Positions 41,311-50,910 of a stretch of DNA of 64,000 nucleotides are shown here, in pieces. How positions within the stretch are numbered: position 1 is the first letter of the stretch; every line of letters begins with the position of its first letter. The stretch spans positions 13,121-77,120 of the forward strand of contig CALRDN010000004.1 of the NCBI GenBank assembly GCA_943354965.1, written 5' to 3'. Both the position numbers and the translations under genes were made by a program. The notes beneath the pieces were generated by a model, which saw nothing but the letters and a program-made list of their open reading frames with translations, was not told the DNA's origin and ran no database searches. This stretch comes from Candidatus Peribacteria bacterium. GTDB lineage: Bacteria > Patescibacteriota > Gracilibacteria > UBA1369 > UBA12463.

Positions 41311-42214
41311 TCTTTCTTCCAAGAAAAAAACAATGAGTGCCCTCGCATCTGCGGGGGTACTTGTTGGTATTATGGCGCTCGTACTCACGCTAAATGATTC
41401 CAATGCACAGGAATTCAATACGAATCACGCAAAAACTTTTTTCGAGGCAAGTGATTTCTATAGAGGTATAAAAGAAAAAAATCTCTTCACGCTCGACAAC
41501 CCAATCTACGGCGGCATAATTCCCCATCACCTCATTCCAAGCGATGGACTCAACACATACTTTTCTCAACTCCAAAAACAAAACCCAAAACGGATTATCC
41601 TCATCTCTCCCAATCATTTCCTTCAGGGGAATAGCAACTTCATAACAAGTCCATACGGATACAACACACCATTTGGCACGGTACGTATCGATAAAAATCT
41701 TTACGAAAAAATCACGAATCCATCAACTACTTCCGAAAAAAAACTCGACATCACGCGCAACGATAATGGCATGAATCTCGAACACGGCATCGGAAACCTA
41801 ACCTCATATATCAGCTACTACCTGCCGGAAACGACCATCATGCCTATAGCCGTCATGCCGACAACCACACCTCAGCAAATTGAAAATCTTGTCGCAAAAA
41901 TCGCACCACTTATAGATAAGGATACTATTCTTCTTGCCTCAATAGACTTTTCTCATTATCTTCCCGCAGAAATGGCAGCCAAAAACGACGAGACAACATG
42001 GAAACTAATTCAGGAGAGAAATTACAATGAAATCCTCGTCCTCAACAACAACGACTATCTCGACACACCACCCTCTCTCGTCACCATACTCAAAACCATG
42101 GAGCAGATCGGAGCAAAAAACATGAAACAGCCCTATCACAACAACTCAGGATTCATCATGCGCGACATGACCATGCCCACAACCAGTTACTTCATGCTTT
42201 CGTTTACAAAGTAA
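41285..42214 (+). CDS. Memo/AmmeMemoRadiSam protein B-like, exported
   Basis: GGIIPHH, ISPNH, EHGI, ASIDFSHY; N-terminal hydrophobic segment (start may be 41333). Confidence 0.87.
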   Translation: MKLLSRLNNLSSKKKTMSALASAGVLVGIMALVLTLNDSNAQEFNTNHAKTFFEASDFYRGIKEKNLFTLDNPIYGGIIPHHLIPSDGLNTYFSQLQKQNPKRIILISPNHFLQGNSNFITSPYGYNTPFGTVRIDKNLYEKITNPSTTSEKKLDITRNDNGMNLEHGIGNLTSYISYYLPETTIMPIAVMPTTTPQQIENLVAKIAPLIDKDTILLASIDFSHYLPAEMAAKNDETTWKLIQERNYNEILVLNNNDYLDTPPSLVTILKTMEQIGAKNMKQPYHNNSGFIMRDMTMPTTSYFMLSFTK

Positions 42215-42271
42215 GAATAAATGTTCATAATAGGAAGGAAGATTCTTATTATTTCTTTATTCTATTCTTAT

Positions 42272-43339
42272 ATGGCAGATAATGTTGTTTCAGAAACAGT
42301 CCTCGGCAGTTCCGGGTTCTTCGGACGGTATGGACGTGGAGTCACAAACTCCATTAAGGGAATTGGTGGAGGTTTCACCTCAATCGCTCTCGGTTTTGCC
42401 ATTATTTATTTCACGGCAGGTATGACGGAAAATTCTGCAATCGTTCAGAAACTCGTTCTCACGCCGGCAGAAAACATAACAACCGCACAGACAGGACTCG
42501 TCAAAATCGCAGGAACACCAGTAGTATCATCAGCGCTCACTGCTCCAAAAAGCACAGAAAAAGTTCTCTATTACAAAGACACTATTGAAGAATTCAGAAA
42601 AATAGAAGAAACAACGGTTTCCACAAAAACCGTCCAAAAAGACGGCCAGGACGTTCAGCAACAGATCGAAAGTAAGCAATGGGTCGACAAGTGGATCGAC
42701 AAATCTGACACCACCAGCGGCACAAAATGGGCAAACTTTAGTCTAGGCGGTTCAAAAGTTCAGGTAGAGCCACAATCCAGCAGCGCGATGCTAAACACAA
42801 AAACATTCTTCAGCGAAGAAAAGCCTTTCGTAGATCCAAACCCAACGGTTGTTTCTCAGATAACCTACCTTGGAAAATCCGTAAACTCCTATCCGCCTAC
42901 CAAAACTCGTCAAATCGTCACGGGCATCACGGCAGATCAGCCGCTTATTGTTATTGGTGAGGTGAACAGCGGAGTAATTCGCTCTGGAAAGCCATTTATC
43001 GTCAGTAACAAAACAGATGCAGAAATCCTCGCCGACCTGAAGAGTACCGAAAAAATGATCTTCTGGATCACAAAAGGTCTCGCATGGCTCCTCATCGCAG
43101 GTGGTCTCACGGCGATAATCGGACCGATCTTCGCCGTACTTGATATTCTCCCGGGACTTGGTGGTGCGCTCAAATCCATCGTCTTCCTCGTCAATGGAGT
43201 CATCGCCGCTATTATCGTCTTCCTCGGCACACTCGTTATTGAATATTGGTACGTCGCTCTCGGAATACTTATTGCACTCATCGCCCTTCTCTTTGTCATG
43301 AAGAAAGGAAAATCAACAACCCCTTCAAGCGCTCAATAA
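42272..43339 (+). CDS. TMEM43-like membrane protein
   Basis: N-terminal TM after SIKGIGGG, large soluble domain, three C-terminal TMs. Confidence 0.7.
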   Translation: MADNVVSETVLGSSGFFGRYGRGVTNSIKGIGGGFTSIALGFAIIYFTAGMTENSAIVQKLVLTPAENITTAQTGLVKIAGTPVVSSALTAPKSTEKVLYYKDTIEEFRKIEETTVSTKTVQKDGQDVQQQIESKQWVDKWIDKSDTTSGTKWANFSLGGSKVQVEPQSSSAMLNTKTFFSEEKPFVDPNPTVVSQITYLGKSVNSYPPTKTRQIVTGITADQPLIVIGEVNSGVIRSGKPFIVSNKTDAEILADLKSTEKMIFWITKGLAWLLIAGGLTAIIGPIFAVLDILPGLGGALKSIVFLVNGVIAAIIVFLGTLVIEYWYVALGILIALIALLFVMKKGKSTTPSSAQ

Positions 43340-43340
43340 C

Positions 43341-44537
43341 GTGAAAGACAAGCGACAACTGATCGTCATTGCTACGATCCTTACGGATATGATAGGACTG
43401 GGAATTATCCTCCCAGTCCTTCCTATCTATGTTCAGCAATTCGGAATTTCCACATTTACTTTTGGGCTTCTCACTTCCATCTTCGCCCTTTTTTCATTTA
43501 TTGCAGGACCAATTCTCGGCACTCTCTCCGACAAATATGGACGTAGGCCAATTCTTATACTCAGTATCTTCGGAACAGCGATCGGATGGTATATGTTCGC
43601 CATGGCTCAGAGTATTTGGCTCATTTTCCTCGCTCGTGCCGTCGACGGCGCAACCGCTGGAAATATATCGGTCGCCCAGAGCTATCTCACCGATATCGCC
43701 ACTGATCACAAGGACCGAATCATGAAACTCTCCATGATCTCGACATGCATAGGCATCGGCTTCATTGCCGGTCCGGCCATCGGAGGGCTCCTTAGTGAGT
43801 TTTCTCAAACGCTTCCATTTTGGGTTACAGCAGGCATTGCAACAGTAAATGGTATTCTTGCCATCTTCTTCCTCCCGGAAAGCATCCGTGAAAAGAAAAA
43901 AGATCTCAAAATAGGGTGGAATCCCTTCAAGAGCATCTGGTACGCCATCTCAAATATAAAATATCGTACCTACATACTTCTCATCTTCTTCACCACACTC
44001 GCCTTCGAAAGTTATCATTCAAGTTTCTTCCTCTATGTCAGCAGACAGTTCGGCATGTCGCAGGCATCTTCAGGACTACTATTCTCAGGGATAGGAATTC
44101 TGATCGCTCTCAATCAGGTCGTACTCATGAAGCACTTCTGGCTCAAATTTTTCAAACCACACAAAGTACAAATCCTCACCGCAAGTGCTTTAATCCTCAT
44201 CTTTTTCGGACTCAGTCAGTTCTCGATGATTCCATTTCTTCTCACAATTTGCCTCCTAGGAGTCACCGAAGGAACACTCATCAGCATGAATAGCGGTGAA
44301 CTTTCAGGAGTCGCTCAGGAACACGAACGTGGCAAGATTATCGGCATCTCTCACTCTCTCGTCGCCCTTTCCCAAATGATAGGTCCCGCCGTCTCCGGCT
44401 ATGCAATGGACCACCATATCAGATGGCCATGGATGATCGCCTCTTTCTGGATGGTTGTCGTCCTGGGGATTATTATCGTCAAGAATAAACAACTCAAAAC
44501 AAGCGAGGTAAATCTAGAAACCGGCATAACCTATTAA
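43341..44537 (+). CDS. MFS transporter, TetA/DHA1-like
   Basis: DMIGLGIILPVLP, GTLSDKYGRRP, GPAIGG. Confidence 0.93.
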   Translation: MKDKRQLIVIATILTDMIGLGIILPVLPIYVQQFGISTFTFGLLTSIFALFSFIAGPILGTLSDKYGRRPILILSIFGTAIGWYMFAMAQSIWLIFLARAVDGATAGNISVAQSYLTDIATDHKDRIMKLSMISTCIGIGFIAGPAIGGLLSEFSQTLPFWVTAGIATVNGILAIFFLPESIREKKKDLKIGWNPFKSIWYAISNIKYRTYILLIFFTTLAFESYHSSFFLYVSRQFGMSQASSGLLFSGIGILIALNQVVLMKHFWLKFFKPHKVQILTASALILIFFGLSQFSMIPFLLTICLLGVTEGTLISMNSGELSGVAQEHERGKIIGISHSLVALSQMIGPAVSGYAMDHHIRWPWMIASFWMVVVLGIIIVKNKQLKTSEVNLETGITY

Positions 44538-44541
44538 AAAA

Positions 44542-44841
44542 ATGACGAAAAAGGAACTTCAAGCTGCCTACGACATAATTATGTCAGGGAAAGCCACGCT
44601 ACTCGACGTTCGAACGGAGCAAGAACGACAAGAAGATGGATTCGAGCCAAAAGCACTTCACATGGATTACGAGCTCTTCACTCAGGGGAAACTTCCAAAC
44701 GTACCAAAAGATACAACGATATATATTCATTGCCGATCGGGAGGTAGGGCAGGCGTTATCGCTCATGTAATGCAAATAAAAGGTTTCAAAAATACCTTCA
44801 ATCTAGGAGGCTTCAAGGACTGGCTCATGCTGAAAAAATAA
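44542..44841 (+). CDS. Rhodanese-like protein
   Basis: LLDVRT, HCRSGGRA, NLGG. Confidence 0.9.
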   Translation: MTKKELQAAYDIIMSGKATLLDVRTEQERQEDGFEPKALHMDYELFTQGKLPNVPKDTTIYIHCRSGGRAGVIAHVMQIKGFKNTFNLGGFKDWLMLKK

Positions 44842-44912
44842 AGAAGCATACTGTTGTCGCAGCTAATGTAATATGATACCATTCAAACGGTTTATATTTT
44901 TACTATTTCTCT

Positions 44913-45494
44913 ATGAATCTCTCTCGCACCGCAAAAATTTGGATCGGTATTGTTGCCGTAGTGTTGATTTTTGGCATGTGGCTCATGGGTTCATATAATA
45001 ATTTCGTAGGATTAGAAGAAAACGTGAAGACGAGCTTTGCCAATATGGATACACAGTACCAGAGACGTTATGATTTGATTCCTAATCTCGTCGCCTCCGT
45101 ACAGGGAACGCTCAAGCAGGAACAGGATATTTTTGGAAAGTTAGCGGAAGCACGAAAGCAGTATGGCACAGCAGGAAACGATATCAGCAAGAAGCAAGCA
45201 GCAGCCAAGGAATTAGAGACAGGCCTCGGCAGACTTCTCGTAATCATGGAGAATTATCCTAACCTGCGATCAGTTGAGGCGGTACAATCACTGATGATCG
45301 AGCTTGAGGCATCGGAAAATCGAGTATCTGTAGCTCGTGAACGCTACAACACCGCTGTTGAATCTCTCAATATCGGCACACGTCGATTCCCTGGAAATAT
45401 CGTTGCCGGAATATTCAACTTTGAGCAGAAACAGAGATTTGAGGCAGAAGTCGGAGCAAAAGTAGTTCCAAAAGTCGACCTAACGGTGAAGTAA
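44913..45494 (+). CDS. lemA: LemA family protein
   Basis: YQRRYDLIPNLV, ENYPNL, ENRVSVARERYN, FPGN. Confidence 0.95.
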   Translation: MNLSRTAKIWIGIVAVVLIFGMWLMGSYNNFVGLEENVKTSFANMDTQYQRRYDLIPNLVASVQGTLKQEQDIFGKLAEARKQYGTAGNDISKKQAAAKELETGLGRLLVIMENYPNLRSVEAVQSLMIELEASENRVSVARERYNTAVESLNIGTRRFPGNIVAGIFNFEQKQRFEAEVGAKVVPKVDLTVK

Positions 45495-45515
45495 CATACC
45501 AAACTCACTCTCAAT

Positions 45516-46421
45516 ATGAGGCACTTACGCTCACGAGTTCTACTGGGACTCATGACCATACTGATGATACTGCCAAACACTCCGGTGTTTGCAGCATCTG
45601 ATACGGTATACCCAAAACCTGCTACAGTAAGCGATTATACCGGAACACTTACAGGCGAAGAACAGGCCGCCCTCACGGAAAAAATTAATACATTCCGCCA
45701 AGAAACTTCCAACGAAATTGCCCTCCTTATCGTTAACACCACCGCACCGGAAACAATAGAGCAATACAGTATCCATGTCGCCGAACAGTGGAAAATTGGA
45801 AAGAAAGATATCGACAATGGATTGCTCTTCGTCATCGCGATTCAAGATCGTGAAATGAGGATAGAGGTTGGAAGAGGTCTAGAGGGCGTTCTCCCTGATC
45901 TTCTCACGACAATAATTCTCTCAAAATACACTACTCCGGAATTCAAGGCGGGAAACTATTTCAAAGGAATTAATGACACACTCGATGTAGTAATGGCAGC
46001 GGCAAAAAAAGAATTTAATACGGAAGAGCTTCTGAAGGGTGGCAGCGGGTCCTCTTCCGGAATAAGTGAAAACAATCTATCCTTCATTATATGGCTGGTA
46101 TTCATATTCGCCTTTAGTTTTGTGCAGTATTTAGCCAAAAGTAAGTCCTGGTGGCAGGGCGGTGTATTCGGCGGAGGTACAGCATTTATCTTGAGTCTTA
46201 TATTCTCCTTTGGCTTTACGTTGCTTATCGGAGTAACAATAAGCTTTGCACTTCTCGGATTCCTCATAGATTATGCCGTCTCAAAAAATCCCGACATATT
46301 TGGCGGAGGAAAAGGTGGTGGCGGATTCTTCTTCGGAGGAGGATCAGGAGGAAGCGGTGGAGGATTTAGTGGCTTCGGAGGAGGCGGATTCTCGGGCGGC
46401 GGCGGATCAGGACGCTGGTAA
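45516..46421 (+). CDS. TPM domain membrane protein
   Basis: WKIGKKDIDNG, RIEVGRGLEG, Gly-rich tail ending GGGSGRW; follows lemA. Confidence 0.93.
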   Translation: MRHLRSRVLLGLMTILMILPNTPVFAASDTVYPKPATVSDYTGTLTGEEQAALTEKINTFRQETSNEIALLIVNTTAPETIEQYSIHVAEQWKIGKKDIDNGLLFVIAIQDREMRIEVGRGLEGVLPDLLTTIILSKYTTPEFKAGNYFKGINDTLDVVMAAAKKEFNTEELLKGGSGSSSGISENNLSFIIWLVFIFAFSFVQYLAKSKSWWQGGVFGGGTAFILSLIFSFGFTLLIGVTISFALLGFLIDYAVSKNPDIFGGGKGGGGFFFGGGSGGSGGGFSGFGGGGFSGGGGSGRW

Positions 46422-46422
46422 A

Positions 46423-47136
46423 TTACACAACTCTCCAAACTTTCGTTCCATTGCGAGGAAGTTCCTTCATCTTCACACCCACCTCGATACCCTTTTTGGC
46501 GGTTTTTACATTCTTCCGATCAATCTGCATCTCAACAATCATCTCCTCAAACATACAACCATCACCTTCGAAAAAGAGCATACTATTAAGCTTAATTGCC
46601 TGTGATAATTTAATAATGGTAACGCTAATTTTATTCAAAACCATTGTAACCTCACCAACAAGTACATATCTTCGCGGGGCGTCACTTACACTTCTCCTAC
46701 TCTCAGGCAACCTAGTATCAAGCAACGAAGTCTGCTCCAAACTTATCCGCTGAAAATTCGATGCATGTACATCGTGAGGAGTAAAAGTCATCACTCTCTT
46801 CGCATTCCTCGCACTACGTGCCGTCGACTTCACGCTACTCAACTCATCAGGAATCGCCGAACCGATATCCCCAATCATATTCATCGATGATGTCGGCACA
46901 CGCCTATAGCCCACCTCTTCCGTCCTCCCACGACGTTCTGTACCAAATCCCCTTTCATGGGAGCTCACACCTCTCTTATCCTTCTCTGTAGCCTCCTTCT
47001 GCCTATCCAGTGCCGTCCACGCCAAAGGATGCCTCGCCTTCGCATCCAAACTTCTCTTGCGCTTATATGCGGGTATCTTGATGGTCTCGGGATCGATCGG
47101 ATTATTCTGTGAAGTCATAAGTAAATGATACTGCAT
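46423..47136 (-). CDS. Protein with disordered basic N-terminus and U32-C-terminal/EF-like beta-barrel
   Basis: KIPAYKRK near N-terminus; C-terminal VGEVT...EMQIDRKNVKTAKKG.EVG.K. Confidence 0.72.
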   Translation of the reverse strand: MQYHLLMTSQNNPIDPETIKIPAYKRKRSLDAKARHPLAWTALDRQKEATEKDKRGVSSHERGFGTERRGRTEEVGYRRVPTSSMNMIGDIGSAIPDELSSVKSTARSARNAKRVMTFTPHDVHASNFQRISLEQTSLLDTRLPESRRSVSDAPRRYVLVGEVTMVLNKISVTIIKLSQAIKLNSMLFFEGDGCMFEEMIVEMQIDRKNVKTAKKGIEVGVKMKELPRNGTKVWRVV

Positions 47137-47159
47137 GAGTGAGTAACGGGTAAAGAAAA

Positions 47160-47602
47160 TTAGGTGGAATTATCATCAGATATTTTTTATCCAAATATGA
47201 ACTCTCAAATCTAGGTATAATCGCAGGAAAATACGACAAAAAAAGTGTCAATAGAATCAGCCTAAATAGGCACCAGTTTTTTCAAAATCAGCACATTGAC
47301 TTTTCCGTTTATGAGTTAATAATACTATTAATGTCAAAAAAGTGCCATTTTTGAAGCTAAAAATTTCCCCGGGGAAATTTGAACATCATACGATGAAAAT
47401 GGCATATATCAAACGACTGATTTTTTTGGTGGCTTATAAAAGCCATAATATAGACGTTGGAAAAACTGGGGTCTTTTTAGAATCTGCAAAACTAAAAAAC
47501 ATGCAGGACTTCCTCGTCGTACCGAGTACCCATACACACATTATGAATTCCAATAGAGTAATAAAAGCCGTTCAACGATTTCTCGAAGAAGGGAAATTTT
47601 AG
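47160..47602 (+). pseudogene. Alpha/beta-hydrolase remnant disrupted by deletion, frameshift and MITE insertion
   Basis: LGGIIIRYFLSKYELSNLG-IIAGKYDKK(+1)VSIES, insertion, then AKLKNMQDFLVVPSTHTHIMNS...FLEEGKF. Confidence 0.7.
47262..47480. mobile_element. MITE-like element, 219 bp
   Basis: 24-bp terminal inverted repeats (20/24 match), flanking direct repeat AATCAGC/AATCTGC; removal restores the hydrolase frame. Confidence 0.75.
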
Positions 47603-47629
47603 AACATAGATATCAGACTACATGCTGAT

Positions 47630-48187
47630 TTACTTCGCCCTTTCTACATACTCATGTGTCTCCGTATTGACACGAATTGAGTCGCCTTCTTTGATGAAGA
47701 GTGGAGCAGTGATCGTAGCGCCGGTCTCGATGACAACAGGTTTGGTACCTCCAGTGGCTGTATCGCCTTTTTCACCCGGTGGAGCGGAGATAACCTTGAA
47801 ATCCATTTTTGTAGGAAGTTGAACTGATGCAGGATTGTCATCCACAAAGACGACAACAACCTCCGTACCATCGATCAAGAAGTCAGAGTCATCACCAATC
47901 ATCTCATTTGAGATAGTGAACTGGTCATAAGTGCCATTGTCCATGAATGTGTATTCCGTAGCATCCTTGTAGAGATACTGGCAACGCTTGTTCTCCATAT
48001 TAGCTTCTGGAACATCTTCACCTGATTTGAAGGTAACTTCGACGTTCTTACCCGTCTTTACACTTTTCATTTTCGCACGAGTGAAAGCCGCTCCTTTTCC
48101 TGGATTCACAAACTGATATCCAACGATAACATATGTATCACCATTGTATTTGACGGCTGCACCTTTTTTGAAATCTGATGTTTGCAT
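47630..48187 (-). CDS. efp: Elongation factor P
   Basis: NPGKGAAF, PGEKGDTATGGTKP, PLFIKEGD.IRVNT; ATG 48187. Confidence 0.96.
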   Translation of the reverse strand: MQTSDFKKGAAVKYNGDTYVIVGYQFVNPGKGAAFTRAKMKSVKTGKNVEVTFKSGEDVPEANMENKRCQYLYKDATEYTFMDNGTYDQFTISNEMIGDDSDFLIDGTEVVVVFVDDNPASVQLPTKMDFKVISAPPGEKGDTATGGTKPVVIETGATITAPLFIKEGDSIRVNTETHEYVERAK

Positions 48188-48244
48188 AGGAGAAAAAGTT
48201 AGTATTGGAATCAGGCGGGCGCATTCTACCACATGTATTAAACT

Positions 48245-49276
48245 CTACAAGTCTCGAAACGGGAAAAAGATGATGTTTTCTATAGAATCCTGATCCAAAA
48301 GCAGCATAATCAACCGATCCACCCCTAGGGCGATACCTCCGGACTGTGGCATTCCTAAGGCAAGAGCATCCAAAAAACTCTGATCTACATCGTAAAGAGG
48401 CTTGCCCATCGTCGCTCGCTGCGCTCGCTCCTCCCTCAATCTCCTCCCCTGCTCCTGCGCATCCGTAAGCTCTGAAAACGCATTACACAACTCTATTCCA
48501 GAAATGTATATCTCAAATCGCTCGGCATACTTTGGATTATCCGGACACACTTTCGAAAGCGCCGCCATACTCACCGGATACTCATACAAAATCGTTGGAC
48601 GTCCCGTCCCCAACTTGCCCTCAATTTCATTAAGAAAAATAAGGAAAAATGCATCATCATAATTTTCAGCTTTATAGCCCTTTTCCTGAGCCGCACGCAC
48701 TAACGCTTCCGCACTTTCAAAAACCTCACAAGAAATTTCCGCATATTTCTCAAAAGCCTCCGCGACACTCAACCGCTCAAAATCACCGGAAACATCAATA
48801 ATTTTATTCTTATACGTAAACTCCTTTTTCTGAAAAAGTCCCTCGCACAAATATCGGATTAGCTCCTCTGTATCCGTCATTATCTCCCTATAATTGCCAT
48901 TTGCTCGATACCACTCGAGAATAGCAAACTCAGGATTATGCAGCACACCACCTGTTTCCTTGTTACGGAAACTCTTCGTAATCTGAAAAATCTTCGGTAA
49001 CCCCGCCACCAAGAGCTTCTTCATGGCATACTCAGGCGAGGTAATCAGGTACATGTCTCTCGAATCCCCTTTACCCTCAGGCTCAAACTGCGTCTTGAAC
49101 ACATCCAAATATGGCTCCATGCCAGGTAAGTTCACCAGTATTGGAGTATCTGTCTCGAGGAAATTCCGCTCCCAGAAAAACTCACGAATTTTCCGTATAA
49201 TCAGGGATCTCTTCTCAAAAAGCGCTCTCGTCTGAGGATTACTACGAATGAGACTATAATTAGGGTTTTGTGCCAT
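48245..49276 (-). CDS. epmA: EF-P lysine aminoacylase EpmA (GenX/PoxA)
   Basis: LITSPEYAMKKLL, FRNKE, HNPEF..LEWY, ERFE.Y..GIELCNAFSEL, GIALGVDRL; no anticodon domain; adjacent to efp. Confidence 0.92.
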   Translation of the reverse strand: MAQNPNYSLIRSNPQTRALFEKRSLIIRKIREFFWERNFLETDTPILVNLPGMEPYLDVFKTQFEPEGKGDSRDMYLITSPEYAMKKLLVAGLPKIFQITKSFRNKETGGVLHNPEFAILEWYRANGNYREIMTDTEELIRYLCEGLFQKKEFTYKNKIIDVSGDFERLSVAEAFEKYAEISCEVFESAEALVRAAQEKGYKAENYDDAFFLIFLNEIEGKLGTGRPTILYEYPVSMAALSKVCPDNPKYAERFEIYISGIELCNAFSELTDAQEQGRRLREERAQRATMGKPLYDVDQSFLDALALGMPQSGGIALGVDRLIMLLLDQDSIENIIFFPFRDL

Positions 49277-49344
49277 CGAGGGTAACTTTACACGAAAAGA
49301 AAAAAATACTACACTCGCAACACTATTTTTATAAAAAAACACGT

Positions 49345-49770
49345 ATGAAAAACTCCCATCTCATCGTTATAGCTTCAGCCGTTCTATTGACGATCTCCCT
49401 TCCGTTCGCGGCATTTGGAGAAACCACGCCTACAACACCTTTAACGGTTCCTGTAGCACCAGTATCAGGCGAAGCTGCCAAAAAAGAGGTGAAGAAGGAT
49501 AATTACGGCCAGCAGATGAAGAAAATCAATATGGAGAAAAAGGATCTCAAGAAGGCATCACAAGAAGCAAAGAAGGAGGTGAAGAAGGAGGAATTGATGA
49601 AAAAGGTCGAAAAAAAGATCATAAAGAAAGTAATCAAAAAAGAAGCAAAGAAGAAAGCAAAGAAAGTTTTAAAATCATTGAAACCAGTAACAGAACCAAC
49701 CGTTCCAGCTTCAACCCCAGCAGTCACTCCAGCTCCTGCGACCACTCCGGCAACAACACCAATACAATAA
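49345..49770 (+). CDS. Exported Lys-rich low-complexity protein
   Basis: Signal peptide, KKE repeats, Pro/Thr/Ala tail. Confidence 0.75.
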   Translation: MKNSHLIVIASAVLLTISLPFAAFGETTPTTPLTVPVAPVSGEAAKKEVKKDNYGQQMKKINMEKKDLKKASQEAKKEVKKEELMKKVEKKIIKKVIKKEAKKKAKKVLKSLKPVTEPTVPASTPAVTPAPATTPATTPIQ

Positions 49771-49801
49771 TATACTGGACAAGTAAGCCAAAAAAGGATA
49801 C

Positions 49802-49833
49802 AAAGGGTGCGACTAAAAACCGCACCTTTTTTT
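49802..49833 (+). terminator. Intrinsic terminator
   Basis: GGTGCG-ACTAAAAAC-CGCACC followed by T7. Confidence 0.7.
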
Positions 49834-49841
49834 AAACTCCA

Positions 49842-50279
49842 ATGAGTAAGAAAACGAACCCAAAGCAGAAACAAGAGATAAGCAGCTACGAAGGTCGACA
49901 AGACCATATTCGTGAACTGAAGCTGCCCACTATCGAAACATGGGAAAACCAATACCCGGACAAGGATTATATCATCGACTTCACCGTACCGGAGTTTACC
50001 TGTATCTGCCCAAAAACCGGACTTCCGGACTTCGCCTCTATTCAGTTCATTTACGTACCACACAACGACTGCATCGAGCTGAAGTCATTCAAAGAGTACA
50101 TTCTCGCCTATCGTGAGCTTGGTATCTTCCATGAGCATGTCGTAAACAAAATGCTGGAAGACTTCGTTCGCTACTGCAAACCAAAAAAACTCGACATTAT
50201 CGGAGATTTCAATCCACGTGGCGGCATCAAAACCATCGTAAAAGCATCCTATGTCCGTCCAAACAGCAAACGAAAGTAA
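49842..50279 (+). CDS. queF: preQ0 reductase QueF (type I)
   Basis: EFTCICPKTGLPDF, ELKSFKEY, FHE, RGGI. Confidence 0.94.
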   Translation: MSKKTNPKQKQEISSYEGRQDHIRELKLPTIETWENQYPDKDYIIDFTVPEFTCICPKTGLPDFASIQFIYVPHNDCIELKSFKEYILAYRELGIFHEHVVNKMLEDFVRYCKPKKLDIIGDFNPRGGIKTIVKASYVRPNSKRK

Positions 50280-50910
50280 AACGATCCTCATCGCTGAGAT
50301 GTTTGAAACGGTTCAGGGTGAAGGAAAATGGGTCGGAACTCCGGCGTTTTTTATTCGTACCGGTATGTGCAATTTAGCATGTATTTGGTGCGACACGCCT
50401 TATACGTGGAAAGAAGGAGAGACAACTTACGAGAAAAAAACACATGAAGAAGTGTTCCAACGTGTAGAGAAATCCCCTATTCAACACATCGTCGTTACCG
50501 GAGGTGAGCCAATGCTTCACCAAGAATTCATCCTCGCACTTCGAAAAAGGAATCCACATCGATTCATCGAGGTCGAAACCAATGGTACTATCCCAAGCAC
50601 CCTGCCGCCTGGAACCGTTAATCAATTCAATATCTCACCAAAACTCAGCAACAGCGGAAATAGCTGGTACAAGCTCAATCTTCGAGTTTATAACAGCATC
50701 TTTAAGTTCGTCGTACAATCACCCGACGATATCATCGAGATAGAAAATTTCACCGAACAGAATAACATCGACCGCACAAAAATTTTCTTAATGCCAGAGG
50801 GAACAACTCGGGATATACTACTATCACGTGCTAAGTGGCTTATTCCCCTCTGCCGGGAGAAAAAATTTCACTACAGCCCAAGACTTCATATTATGAAAAA
50901 TATTCGATGA
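50251..50910 (+). CDS. queE: 7-carboxy-7-deazaguanine synthase QueE
   Basis: QGEG, CNLACIWCDT, TGGEP, ETNG, SPK, SPRLH. Confidence 0.93.
   Translation: MSVQTANESKTILIAEMFETVQGEGKWVGTPAFFIRTGMCNLACIWCDTPYTWKEGETTYEKKTHEEVFQRVEKSPIQHIVVTGGEPMLHQEFILALRKRNPHRFIEVETNGTIPSTLPPGTVNQFNISPKLSNSGNSWYKLNLRVYNSIFKFVVQSPDDIIEIENFTEQNNIDRTKIFLMPEGTTRDILLSRAKWLIPLCREKKFHYSPRLHIMKNIR

Noticed and set aside
49771..49841. Possible preQ1 riboswitch before queF
   Set aside because: The hairpin is followed by T7 rather than the A-rich tail of preQ1-I; it is explained as the terminator of the upstream gene
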